Shown piece by piece: positions 27,920-40,800 of a DNA stretch of 64,000 bases. The translations under genes and the position numbers were made by a program. Within the stretch, counting starts at the first letter, position 1, and each line of letters opens with the position of its first letter. Under the pieces are notes generated by a model that was not told the DNA's origin, did no database searches, and worked only from the letters and a program-made list of their open reading frames with translations. Origin of the DNA: Antedon mediterranea (lineage: Eukaryota; Animalia; Echinodermata); contig NC_092676.1 in the NCBI RefSeq assembly GCF_964355755.1, positions 19,672,871 through 19,736,870 on the forward strand, given 5' to 3'.

Positions 27920-28172
27920 TTCAAACCAATGTTTGGATAAATAGGAAATCTTATTCTTTGAAAAAGTAGAACCTTTTAATACTCGCTTTTTAAAACAATG
28001 TGAAATGAGGTTTTGTTTTTTTGTCCAGTTAAAAATGATTTACTAAATACTTCATTCATTTACTAAATAAAAGTACATTTATTAAAAATGATAAAAACAA
28101 TTCCATATCTTAAATTATTTTTATTTCATTTACCTTTTTACTTGTATTGTTCTTCTATCAAATTTACCCTAA

Positions 28173-28701
28173 GGCTGGGTTCGGACGTAAAATCAGTTAC
28201 ATGTGTAACTTTACATGTGTAATCAGTGATCTTTTGAACGATGAACAATTTACACGTGTTAACTAACAAAAAATACCCAGCAGGGTCATACAGTATTTCA
28301 TGCATCTCTTTACAATATTAAGGTCAAATTGCTCCTTATCTTGCGGTTAATCAGCGTGCGGTTTAAGGTGTAATTGAAAAATCCACCTCATGAGGTCGAT
28401 TTTTTTTTTTTTTTTTTCGTTCCCCTAACGGGGTTTTATTTCCACAATATTTAGGCCTCTGGCCCTTATATCTTACATACAAATCATACAATAATATTTT
28501 CTGGTTGGGTTGCAAAATAATATTTTCTATTTTCGTAAGCTAGATAAACAAAATTTGCTAAATCTTGGACTACTCTAGTGTTGCACATTAAAAAATAAAA
28601 CTTATTTAAACAAGGGAACGTGTGATAACAACAAGTTTATCTCAAAAGTTACACCACACGCGACCATTACACGTGTAAATTTGTTCCGTCCGAACAGGCT
28701 C
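28173..28701. mobile_element. Harbinger-like MITE
   Basis: Imperfect TIR ggctgggttcggacg / cgtccgaacaggctc and subterminal ttacacgtgtaa repeats. Confidence 0.55.
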
Positions 28702-28895
28702 TATGTAATTGCTTCCAAGCAGTAATAAAAAATGGTACAAAAAATGTAACATAAAATTAAAACTTGTTTAGTAGTAATAGGCGACGCCTAGCTGTTAAAA
28801 CCCTTACACAAGAGCAATTGGAGGCTTTATTTTGTCAATTGGATGGATAAAGTACAGTGCCATATTTGACATTTGTAGTAAGTTTGGAGAACATT

Positions 28896-31800
28896 TAGTC
28901 TATGGGCTGGAGGGGGGTCACCGTGCACCCCCCCCCCCCCTCCCACAGTTAAACTTCCTTGGTATCATTTTATTCCCACAGGCTTATAGAGTGAAAAAAT
29001 CGATGTTAACAAGAAAAATATAGGGATGCATTGTATGTACTTGCATTATTTGCATTGGTCATTAGTGTTTTATGTTAAAATATTTGTTTGGGGTAGGGGG
29101 TAACATTTATGCTCATAACCCATTAATTAAAACACTAACCAATATGATCTTGGTATCATTGTGTAGCATATATGTTTTTTAATCATATAAAATTTAATTC
29201 AATTCAATCGGACAATTATTTCCGTCACTAGAGGTCAAAAGGTCATGAACTTTTGCAAAAATGCACATTTTGTCCAATATTATACTAGATACATTTCAAT
29301 GTCACATCTCCAAATTTTGATACATTTGATTTAGATTATGTTTTACTTATACTTACTAACATATGTAATTATAAAATGTCAGTTAACATGAAAACAATTA
29401 AGTGCATTATGTACCATTACCATTTTTGTCTATTCATAAAAATCGTAATCAAAATATTTGTTTGGGGTAGGGGGTAACGTTTATGCTCATAACCCATGCT
29501 TTAGCGAATGGATTTTTATAGTGTTGGTATCAAACTTTAGCCTACATGGTGATCAGTTATAAAAATGTTAAATAATAAATACAATTTACAAAAATCGATG
29601 TTACTAAAGATCAAAAGTTCACAGATTTTGTAAATTAATCCTAAGACGTTTAAAAATCTACAATTGTGTGTAGACGTCTTTTATGGAATATGAATATTGA
29701 TATTAACACGAAAAATGTATAAAAATTGAGTGTATTTAACTATCATATTTGAATATTTGTTATTCATAACCACTAATACAAAATACTGCTCAAATCGTCA
29801 TTTTGATCATTAAAAATTACATTTTGACTACATCCTTTTCTGTAATCTGACTCATCTAAAACTTGATACCTTATATTTAAATGCTACATTCCATTATCTG
29901 TGTCACTATCAGATGTTTCATCACTTAGTACATCATCGTCGTCACTTGAAACTTCACTTTCGGAGTCCGTCTCATTCTCATCATCATTTTCTAGTGAGTC
30001 TAATACATCCACAAGTTCCACAGGCAAAACTTCATTTCCATTCCATTTTGGTTCAATGTATCCATTTTCTATTACCCAACCATGTTCATTCAGATTTGGT
30101 ATTTGGTGATCTGCAACATGGGCATGTTTCCATATCCATACTTGGTAATTAACCCTTTTCATGTGTTCTTTAAGTGTTGATTGGCATGGTGGTAAGGCAC
30201 CCATGTCAAATTTTGCACTTCGTCTTAGAATGCCATCTTCTCCACGACACTCAATATCTTGGAATGACTCAACATATTCACCTTTCTAACAAGTCGATCA
30301 CCATACATTAGACATGTAAATTCTTCAATTGTTGAAAAGATCTCGTCACTGATCGCAACACCATTTCCAACTTCAGCAAATGCAATTTGATATTTTGAAT
30401 CAGCCAAAAGCAGCTTTTGTGGCTTTACTTTGCCTTTTGCCTTAAATGCACTAGTGCTATCACATCCTGTAAATGCATGCATACTCAACAATTATGCCTT
30501 CAAAGACTGTGTCATTGACTTTGCCAGTTCTGATATATTGATGCACTTCTTTGTTCCACCTCTTCCTGTATCAAATATGACAATGATGTTTCTTAACTTC
30601 TCTGCATAGTGCATCAAAATGTAAAATATGTCTGTGTCTGGGCTTTTTACCCTCACATATTTGTAACCCATCTCCTGAGCATACAGTTACAGTTACAGTT
30701 ACAGTTACAGACAGTACAATATTATCCGGGTGTTGGTCTCTTCTTGATTTGATTCCAGGGATTCAATCATATTTACTGTGGTTGTTTTTCCATCAGATCT
30801 CAGATCATATGCTTTGCCATCATTGATTAAAATAATTTTCTTTCCCATTATACTTGAGGAAGATTCATCGTTACTCCATGTGAACTGAACTTTATTGTCA
30901 TCATTTGTTAAAAATTGCTTCCAGTCCTTTGGCCGCCGCATGCTGCCTCCTTTCAAAATCAGTCTGTCACCGGTCCCGCGACGACGTCTCTCCATTCCTT
31001 TCACCGATTTCTGTCTGTACATATCAGTACTGAAGATACATGCTGTTGATTTTTTGATTGCCTCAAGTAAAATTTTCCTTGCTATTTCATCAAATGTTCC
31101 TGGAATTTCTTTTAAAGTATGAAATATTGCATTTCCGTCTTCGATCACCATACACTCAGTTAGATTAAAGCTTACTGGAAATTCACTGATATCTGATTTT
31201 TTTAGAAGTTCATGCATGCCCTTTGACTTATCAGTTTTGACAAAAGAGCCATCTGCCATTCCTATGCTGTATGGAACCGGAGTTAATTGATATGTCTTGA
31301 GTTCTTGTAAGTTAAGTTTTTTATCTGGAACACTTTGCGATTTTGCTAGAATTTGAAATGCAATATTTGCTTGTTGACTGTATTGTATCTCTTTGTTTTT
31401 TGAAGTTTTAAGTATGATATGTTTTGGTAGCTTCCATCTACCATTGGTCACTACACGGCAGATATCTTGACCAATGGAATTTACAAGACGGTTAACATGA
31501 GATGATTTGGAGTGCTTTTCACCAGAAAACAAGCACATTAGAAAGCTAGTAAGTGATGTAGGAATTACTCCATTCCCAGTGTCCAAGGACTCCATGACGG
31601 GAGGCCAAGCTAATTCTTTACTGGATTTATATGCATCCAGAATGCCATCTCGCAACAAACCAGCAACTTCAATTACTTTATCTGAGCATGCGAGGATGTA
31701 ACTGGACCTTATGGCCTGTCCAACACTTACAGTTAAATTATAGATGATATAAGTAGCAAATTTACCATCGCTACCATTTCCTTCTCCATCATTTTGTGGA

Positions 31801-34179
31801 CTTATAGAACAAAAACCAATTTTCCCAGCATACTTCATACTTTTTTCAAACTTTCTCTTTATTTTTTCACTTCTGAGACTTGGATTTTCAAATGGTGTGC
31901 CACTTAGATGTGTTATATATATGTTATTAAGGTCACTTAGCCGAATAACCTCATTATCCATAAGGACTCTTCTGTCAATAACTTTACATACTTCTTGAAA
32001 TGCATGCACATGAGCATCTGTGCAATTTTGTTCTTTCTGTACATGGTTATGATCTTTACTTCTCCATTTTATGGGATCCTGTAAATATTGAGAAAGACAT
32101 CTTGAATGATACTGTGCTTCACAAGCAAACAAGTCGTACCCTCTGATTCTCAACAATAATTTCTCATCCTGCTCCTTCTCTGCCATCTGAACAACTGTGT
32201 CACCTCCTCCACGTTAAAATCTTGTTAAACCTTCAGTTGTCTACGAGGATTTTACTTTTACCTTTTTCCTACAGCCTTTGTTACAAAATATACAGTCTGG
32301 TTTGAAAATGTACTTTTCTTGTTCAAAGGAACGCCTTCTTACATCTCGTGCTTGGTCAGAACCTGGTGGTGAATTAATAGCTGGTAGTCTATTTAAGTCT
32401 TCGTCTGTCTCGAATATCCTGGATTTTCTTAAATCTATCATTTGGGTCACTGCAGCTTTTAATATATGTAAATTTCCCACATGATGAATCCTTGGAGTGC
32501 AGTATACAAACCGCTGTATCTGGTATTAACTTGTCGCTGTTCGACATTATGAAAGACAGTAGCTGAATAAACAACCTTGCAATAAAGAAAATAATTTTGA
32601 TAGAATGAAATTCATTTATATAAGACAGTACCATTGCAGATAATATATGGTAACATACTTCTAGCCATTGTTGTTTTGTTTAGAGGGTCAATAAAAACTT
32701 TGCCATTATTAAAAATCTATTAATTTATTATTATGATTAAGGTCACAAACATCTATTGAACTGATTTAGACTATACAATAACACAACCCAGTAAAAGGTG
32801 CCTACTTATGAGGCTAGGCCTAATCATGAGTAGGCAACTATTCCTACTCATTGAATAGGCCTAAGCCTAGGCCTATGCCTATGGCTATTCATTCATGTAG
32901 GCAAGATGAAGAGCTTAAAATATTCTATGTGGTAATTATAAATGATTTATTATTGGGATTAAGGTTACAAACGTTGTCTATTAAACTAATTTAAACTATA
33001 CAACACAACCTGGTAAAAAGTGTTTCCTCACGATTAGGCCTAAGCCTAGGCCTTATTATGAGTAGGCTAGGCAACATGCCTACTTGTGGATAGGCATAAG
33101 CCTATGGCTAATCATTCATGTAGGCTAGGCCTAGAGCCTAAGATATTCTAATAATATTCCATTATTTTTTTAGATCTTCTTATGCCAAAACTAAGCTACA
33201 TGGCAGGTGAAAATATTTTAGTTTTTTTATAGAAAAAATATAAATGAAGAACTTCATTGAAATTACCAGTTTTAAAAATGGCTGAACTCATGCAATCAAA
33301 CTTTCCAGCCAATCATCAGCAAACTGAACCCAAATGTATGGAAGGCCATAGATGTCAAACACAATTAATATTTGTAAACGCTGTTCTTGAATTTGGGTTA
33401 CTTTTCTGTCAAGATCTGTGAACTTTTGATCTTTAGTAACGTCGATTTTTGTAAATTGTATTTATTGTTTATTGTTTGTTTATCATTTTTATAACTGATC
33501 AACATGTAGGCTAAAGTTTGATACCAACACTATAAAAATCCATTCGCTAAAGCATGGGTTATGAGCATAACGTTACCCCCTACCCCAAACAAATATTTTG
33601 ATTACGATTTTTATGAATAGACAAAAATGGTAATAGTACATAATGCACTTAATTGTTTTCATGTTAACTGACATTTTATTATTACATATGTTAGTAAGTA
33701 TAAGTAAAACATAATTTAAATCAAATGTATCAAAATTTGGAGATGTGACATTGAAATGTATCTATAATATTGGACAAAATGTGCATTTTTGCAAAAGTTC
33801 AATGACCTTTTGACCTCTAGTGACGGAAATAATTGTCCGATTGAATTGAATTAAATTTTATATGATTAAAAAACATATATGCTACACAATGATACCAAGA
33901 TCATATTGGTTAGTGTTTTAATGGGTTATGAGCATAAATGTTACCCCCTACCCCAAAAAAATATTTTAACATAAAACACTAATGACCAATGCAAATAATG
34001 CAAGTACATACAATGCATCCCTATATTTTTCTTGTTAACATCGATTTTTTCACTCTATAAGCCTGTGGGAATAAAATGATACCAAGGAAGTTTAACTGTG
34101 GGGGGGGGGGGTGGAGATTATGAGTAGGTGGAGGGGGGTGCACGGTGACACCCCCCCCCCCCCTCCAGCCCATGGACTA
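28896..34179 (-). mobile_element. Academ (AcademX-type) DNA transposon, internally deleted, 5284 bp
   Basis: 5'-TAG...CTA-3' termini, 3-bp TSD ATT (28893-28895, 34180-34182), ~730-770-bp TIRs (28896-~29630 vs ~33410-34179), and an XPG/PIN-like coding region. Confidence 0.88.
29884..32547 (-). pseudogene. Disrupted Academ transposase/XPG-nuclease ORF
   Basis: Fragments CIFC..DLFACEAQYHSRC, WKLPKHI, IEDGNAIFH, SNQEETNTRII..SPDTDIF, HAFTGCDSTSAFKAKGKVK, LPPCQSTLKEHMKRVNYQVWIWK, separated by stops and frameshifts. Confidence 0.82.
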
Positions 34180-34449
34180 ATTGAACAGCTAGGAAATTTA
34201 CTGAACATACTAACAAACATTAAAATATTATGTGTGACTGATATACAGTTAAAATTACTGTAATAAATATAAAAATGTAATATAATGACAATTATTGACT
34301 TATTAACAAATACAATTAAAAGAGTATTGTTGTATTCCATTGTTCTTCGGTAATAAAGAAATGAAAAGGTCTTTATTTGTACGTCTTCATAGTTTAATGG
34401 TAATAAATGCGATGCGAAGAAAGAAACGTGTGTGACACAAACAATCGTT

Positions 34450-34822
34450 AAGTTTGTTTGTCTATGTTCCGTTTATCTAAGGTCTGTTCTGTGTGTCTGC
34501 GGTCTCTTCCGTTTGTCTATTTGGAACTCGTGTAATTTGTTTTGTTTGTCTACGGTCTGTTCTGTTTGCCTACGATCTGTACCGTTTGCCTACGATCTGT
34601 ACCGTTTGTCTACGATTCTGTTCCGTTTGTCTAAGGTATGTTCCGGGTACCTATGGTCTGTTCTGTTTGCCTATGGTCTGTTTCGTTGTGTATTGTCTCT
34701 TCCTGTTTCGTTGTGTATTGTCTCTTCCTGTTGTCTACAGTCTGTCCCGTTTGTCTACAGTCTGTTCCGTGTGCCTATGGTGTGTTTCGGTTTTCTATGT
34801 TCTGTTCCGTTTGTCTATGGTC
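34450..34822. repeat. Degenerate ~20-bp tandem array in the peptidase 3' region
   Basis: Unit ~tctgttccgtttgtctacgg repeated about 15-18 times, just downstream of the peptidase stop codon. Confidence 0.85.
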
Positions 34823-34856
34823 ATAGTGCAATAAACGTTTCAAGCGAGAAACAGGT

Positions 34857-37800
34857 TTATCCAGGCACAGGACCACTTTGTTGTTGTAGCCAATCATTAA
34901 CTTCGTTATAGTTGGTTGACATCCACCGAATGTTCGCCTCGATTTTCTCCACGGATTGAGTAAATGCCGTTCGTCCTGTACCTTGATCAGGATGATCTGA
35001 CATAAAGCTCAGTACCTGTAAAACACAAAAAAGACTGAGAAGTGGTCCTTGTTCCTCCTACATAATCGTTTATGTACTTCTGCCGTTATATTGCTACATC
35101 TAGGTTTAATTATAGCCAATTTACACAGACGAGCAGTAAGAGCAAGCGAAAAACCGCGTAGCTTGTCCCACATAGAATTCGTATCTATCCAGAGCAGGAT
35201 TCCTCTTAACCGCCCGTCCGCTCCGTGTTTCATATATTCTATATTTTCCGCATAACGTTACCGTCGTCTGTGTAAATTGGCCTTCGAAAAGTACATAGAT
35301 TTCGGATTTAAAGTAAACTTGCATTGTTATGTAACATATTTTGTATTGACTTTAGCTTGTGTATTATTTATCTATTACACAACATCAGTGAACCTTACCT
35401 CGTTGAGTTTAAATTCAGTATTGAAATGATTAGTCACTCCTTCAATAAGTCTTGAAAACTGGAAAAGACTGTCTCCATATCTGTAATGCAAACAAACACA
35501 ATAACTGAAATTGGACGATTTTTTGAAGTTTATTTAAATGTCGTCATCGATGCCTTTCTACTTCCTGTGTTCCAAATAGTGACTACAAGGGTACTAGCCC
35601 CAACAAAATTCAACAAATACAACATATTTGGATGCCTGAAACTTTATCTCTGATGATGACGTGATCTTATCGGATGTTTCAATTAAACGTGCAACTTAAA
35701 GTAGAAATGGAAATGTGCGCATTATGCGGTATATATACCAAATATTAGGCCTATTTTATTCTAGCATAGCAGAACTTACTACAGAATTACCAAAGATGTT
35801 CTACCATATTTTTTACCGAACGATAAAATTCAACTGAGTCCGGTTTTCAACAATTTCTACCCACTAGACGATATTAAAGATGCTCACTCCTTTCTTGTGT
35901 CAAATGAGACCATTGAAAAGTTATGCAGCAGAGAGGAATACATTAATATAGGGATTTACGTTTTTCTGAAGTAGTCCCAGTTGTCTCTGAAGAAGTTCCA
36001 TGCCAGTGGAGCTCCGGTTGGATTACGAGCAACCTCCGTGATAACCGTCACCCAGTCTTGAGAACGGATTACATCAGATCCCATTGTGAAATGTAAAAAA
36101 CTAAAATTAAAACAATTTAGTATAAGAGGATTATTAGCCAAAAGAAAAAAAAAACCGAATACATTGTTAAAGATAAAGAAGTTTAATTAAAGATCGTGTA
36201 CACTGTTCTATGCGACTAATAATCTGTTGCTAAGTCGCGGAAGACCAGCATCACTTTCTTGACAGCTCCATGATACGCTATGACGTCTGGACAATAATTG
36301 GTCAAGACTACAGGATAAGGTATTATAGCGTAGGTTATCCTATTCACTAGCTATCCATAACATTCATGAACGACCTGTGTCACAGCTTGTGCCATGACAA
36401 CTCTGTGACGTCTGGACAATAATTGGTCACTTACGTGCTAAGTGTCCAAGACTCATTAAGATAAGGTATTTATCGTAGGTTATATCCTTTTCACTAGCTA
36501 TCCATAACATTCGTGGAAGACCTGTGCCACAGCTTGTGCCATGACAACTCTATGACGTCTGGACAATAATTGATCACTTAAGTGATAAGTGCCCATGGCT
36601 CTTTGCTACAGGATCCATAGGGCATAGTGCAGGTTATCCTGTTCACTAGCTATCCACGATATTCGTGGACGACCTGTGTTACAGATGGTGCCATGACAAC
36701 TCTATGAGGTTTGGACAATAATTGATCACTTAGGTGCTAAGTGCCCAAGGCTCCTTGCTACAGGATCCATAGGGCATAGTGTAGGTTATCTTGTTCACTA
36801 GCTATCCACGAAATTCAGGGAAGACCTGTGTCACAGTTGGTGCCATGACAACTCTGTGACGTCTGGACAATAATTGATCACTTACGTGCTAAGTGCCCAA
36901 GGATCTTTGCTACAGGATAAAGCATAGCGTAGGTTATATTGTTCACTAGCTATTTGCGAACTCTGGTACTGTTCAAGAACAAAATACCATTCCGTTTGGT
37001 CGCCATTTTTTACTGCAGTACAGTACACAATGTCGCGTAAATCGGACGCAATTCTGTAAGAAAGAAGTTTACACTGCTGGGTACATTCATTGCCACTTTT
37101 AACTGTTTTCCCCTTCTACGCAGAGGAACGAATCAAATATTTTAAAGCATTCTATATAAAGATCTTAGTAGTAGTAGTAGTAGTAAATGCCATTGTGGCA
37201 CAGTACTACATGCAGGCCTACCTGTTTTCACCTGGTGTACGCATCCAGTTTTGAAACATTCTGATGGCAGTGTTGATGCAGTCGGTGTTTTCATAGTGGC
37301 ACGCACCTGAGACTGCGATGCTTCTGGTTAATCTAAAAGACAAACATTGTACTTAATGATATGGGAATTCCAGTGCAGTCCATGTTATAAACAAGATTTC
37401 TTTGGTCGTAGCGTATTGTATTACCTCCTTGCCATTTTCAGATGATCTTTCTCTTTTGCTCTAAATATGGGCCACTCACATTCAAGTGTATGAGTCAATT
37501 TAGGCCTATAGCACTAATTTACTGCCAGCTACAAAGTTAAATCCATTCGTTTTTGTTGATACTTACCTGGTCAAATGATCTCCTGTGTTATCCCACCCGA
37601 CATGTTCATACAGCGGAGTTATCTGCCGTCTCATGTATTCCTGCACAAATATAATGCGAAATATGTTAAAGATAGGCGTCCCGAAAGATCCATTTCAAAT
37701 TGCAGAGAGGTCGTTTTGAATACTCTTCAAACGCTTGTATTGCATATGCATGTTGTTGAATTCCGAATATCAGTTAAGTCACTTACTGTATGCTACACGA

Positions 37801-40800
37801 CGGTGATATGTTATTCTATGGCGCATTTCAGCCATCTGGCTGTCTGAAACATTTGACAACATCGAACGCAGAAATAGACGGGTAAAACTGCTAATCATTT
37901 ATCAATTTTGAAGATGCCTTGCCAATTGAAGCTGGCAGAAACATACCTGCAAGCGCCCGTACGCCGGTGATATCTTAAGCATCTTAGCAATGTAGCCCAG
38001 GGAGTTCGAAGCAACAGACCAAGGTACATACTCCAACTCTTTATTTAGGTATCTTGTTAGGTCTAAGGCTGTTACTTGGTTCAGTTCACCAGCCTGGGCT
38101 AGTTTAAGAGCATCGCTAAGTAGTGCAGCTCGACTCTTAATCGGTATTATCTGTTTGAATACACAAAACAATAAATATAGAATCATCTATACCGTCAATC
38201 TTATCTGTGTATACTTTTTTGTAACTACAGTTTACATGTCTTTGGTACACCCCTATTTAGAAGATACCTCTAAGGCGATACTTTTAAACCAACGAGGGAA
38301 TACTTAACACTACGGCCAACCCTTATTCGGGGTACACCTCTATTAAAGAAATACTTTACCATGAAGCGGACGAGGGAATACACAGTACTACGGCCAACCC
38401 AGCTGTTCAGGGTACACCTGTATAAGGAGATAATTACCATGAAAAGAACGAGTGAATAACCCCTATTCAAAATGCAGTTTGTGGGTCCCGATTAAAGAAG
38501 ATACTTTGGTCCCGGTTATAGATTACTTTATTACAGAACCGACTGCCGTTCTATTGCCTTTATCATATTATGGGGATACATTCGAGACGCAACAAATTGT
38601 TCCTTTAATAGGAGCGTCTACTGAATAGTATGACAAATAGGTTTTAGTGTATTGTATTCTCTTACCTCGTGGTTATTAACTAATTGATTACTAATTAGGT
38701 TCCAGTTAGTCTGGTCGTAGTTTACCCGGTAGTAACCGGTTTGGTCGATGTTAACTAATATCCAGTCATCATCGTTCACGTCAGGTAGATCTTGTATCAC
38801 TGAATAATAAGTCGATATAAAATGATGTCAGGCATAGAACAAAATAAACCAATACATTAAAATGGATATGAAAGGGTTCCTAGCAATATCATTTTATTGG
38901 CTCAACGTGTAGATCAATCAGTTTTAAGCTTGCCATAGTCATACTTAATGTTTTGGAGGACGACAACGCCCTCAAAACGCCCCTGAGAAACCTGTGAAAA
39001 ACTTTTTGTGACGTCACTAAAAGTTATTTTTGTATTACAGAGATAGGAATTTAGCAGTAAATCATTGATTGATGCAAAAGCATGGTAGTAATTACTTATT
39101 GCTTTGATATTTTTATTCTTGGATAAGTATGTTAGCCTAATCGAATAAAATTAATTCATATTATCAACCAAGTTTTTTTTTAAACGGATTTTAATTTCGT
39201 TTTTCAAGGCCATCTTTTACGAAATTCATAGCCAAATGCCTATCTTGCTGGGTACACGGAGTTATTTTGCGCATGCGTGAGAATCACAGAGTCGACCACC
39301 TTGGCCTCTCTCTCGACCCTCCTCGCGAGCGATGTTTATTTCGCTATTTATTATACACGTATTATTGAAACATTCATTTTATTATTATTTCGTTGTAATT
39401 AACTGAAATTGATGGAAATTCGTCCACATCGTCTTGTTAACACGGATGTTAACATCGTTTTGAAGAAACGGTTGGACGAGTAAATGGTGTTTGACAATAA
39501 TGCCATGGCCTGGAGCTAGCTAGGCCTAGGCCTTTTTAGTAGTGATGACTGCTGGATACGGTGTTTAGTCGCCCGGCCAGAGGTGAGCTGAGAGCGTATG
39601 CTCCTTGATGTATCGTTGAGGGTGTTAATGGTAGGCACAATTGTGTTACTGTATTATGTATATACACATTATTTATAAGTACGTTTATTAATATTGTTGT
39701 GTGCTGTAGTGTCCTGACTAACGTATTATTAAAATATTTTTTTGTTATTACATGCCGCCCTACTGTACTAGCTAGTAGGCTAGGCAACACTGAATACTAA
39801 ATATTATGATTCCCAATAAAATGAATAGAGTTGGATTTTCTCTAATGTAGTAATAAAGGTTATAACAGGCCAGGCCTAGTTAGGGGTATTTCAGCTTGTA
39901 TCATACAGTACAATATACAGTACAGTATACAGTAAATAAACAATTCATTTGTATTTTTACCTACCTACAGGTCTATAATTGGAGTGCAATTATGATAATT
40001 GATGGACGGGATAAGCAAATGTATTTATTGATTGGAATGGAAGCGCAAATGTTAGAGTCAAATTATAATATTAAGGTAACAGATACTGAGCATTGCTATT
40101 TTAAACTGTTGATCAAACCTACATAATACATTATACTAAATTATTATTTTGTTTTGAGGGCAGATAAACATGTGCTTATTCATTTTCCTTTTTTCAGGTG
40201 AATAGAAAGATACCCAGAGTACTTTATAATAGATGCTACTTGGATCATGCTTGCACGATACATTTATGCAGTATACTAAGACACCAAGTATAGAATGAGC
40301 GCAGACAATTAAAATTACAGAACTAAATATTTATGAAGAATAGTAAAATATGCATAATAGAATTCTTTAGACGCGAGTGCTAGGGTTACAGTCATACTGT
40401 AACTATGGTAATGTACTACCAGACAGTACACTAGTAGCAGTGCATCATATAGTGTTTGTTTTTAACCATCTAAATGGGTCTGGGTATATAAACAAATAAA
40501 CCACTACTGTACTTCTTTTTTTATTTATTTAGCCAAATACTATGTACAATGGACATTTATGAAAGAATCCATCTCTTGAATATGATGGAGCTGGCTGGTG
40601 TTGATAGAATTAAAATGTCTCAGGTCTAAAAAGTAATTTATGTCCTGTTTGAAAAATCCTGCTTGTTCCAAACTCATTATGATGCATTTGTTCAATAAAA
40701 TTCATTCCACACACTATTTCTGCCATATAATTTGATGTTTACAATTTTATTACTAGTACTATTACAGTTCTTCAAAGCCATCTCATGTACTGTTGATTCC

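Noticed and set aside
34432-34911. Cys-rich ORFs
   Set aside because: Translations of the 20-bp minisatellite.
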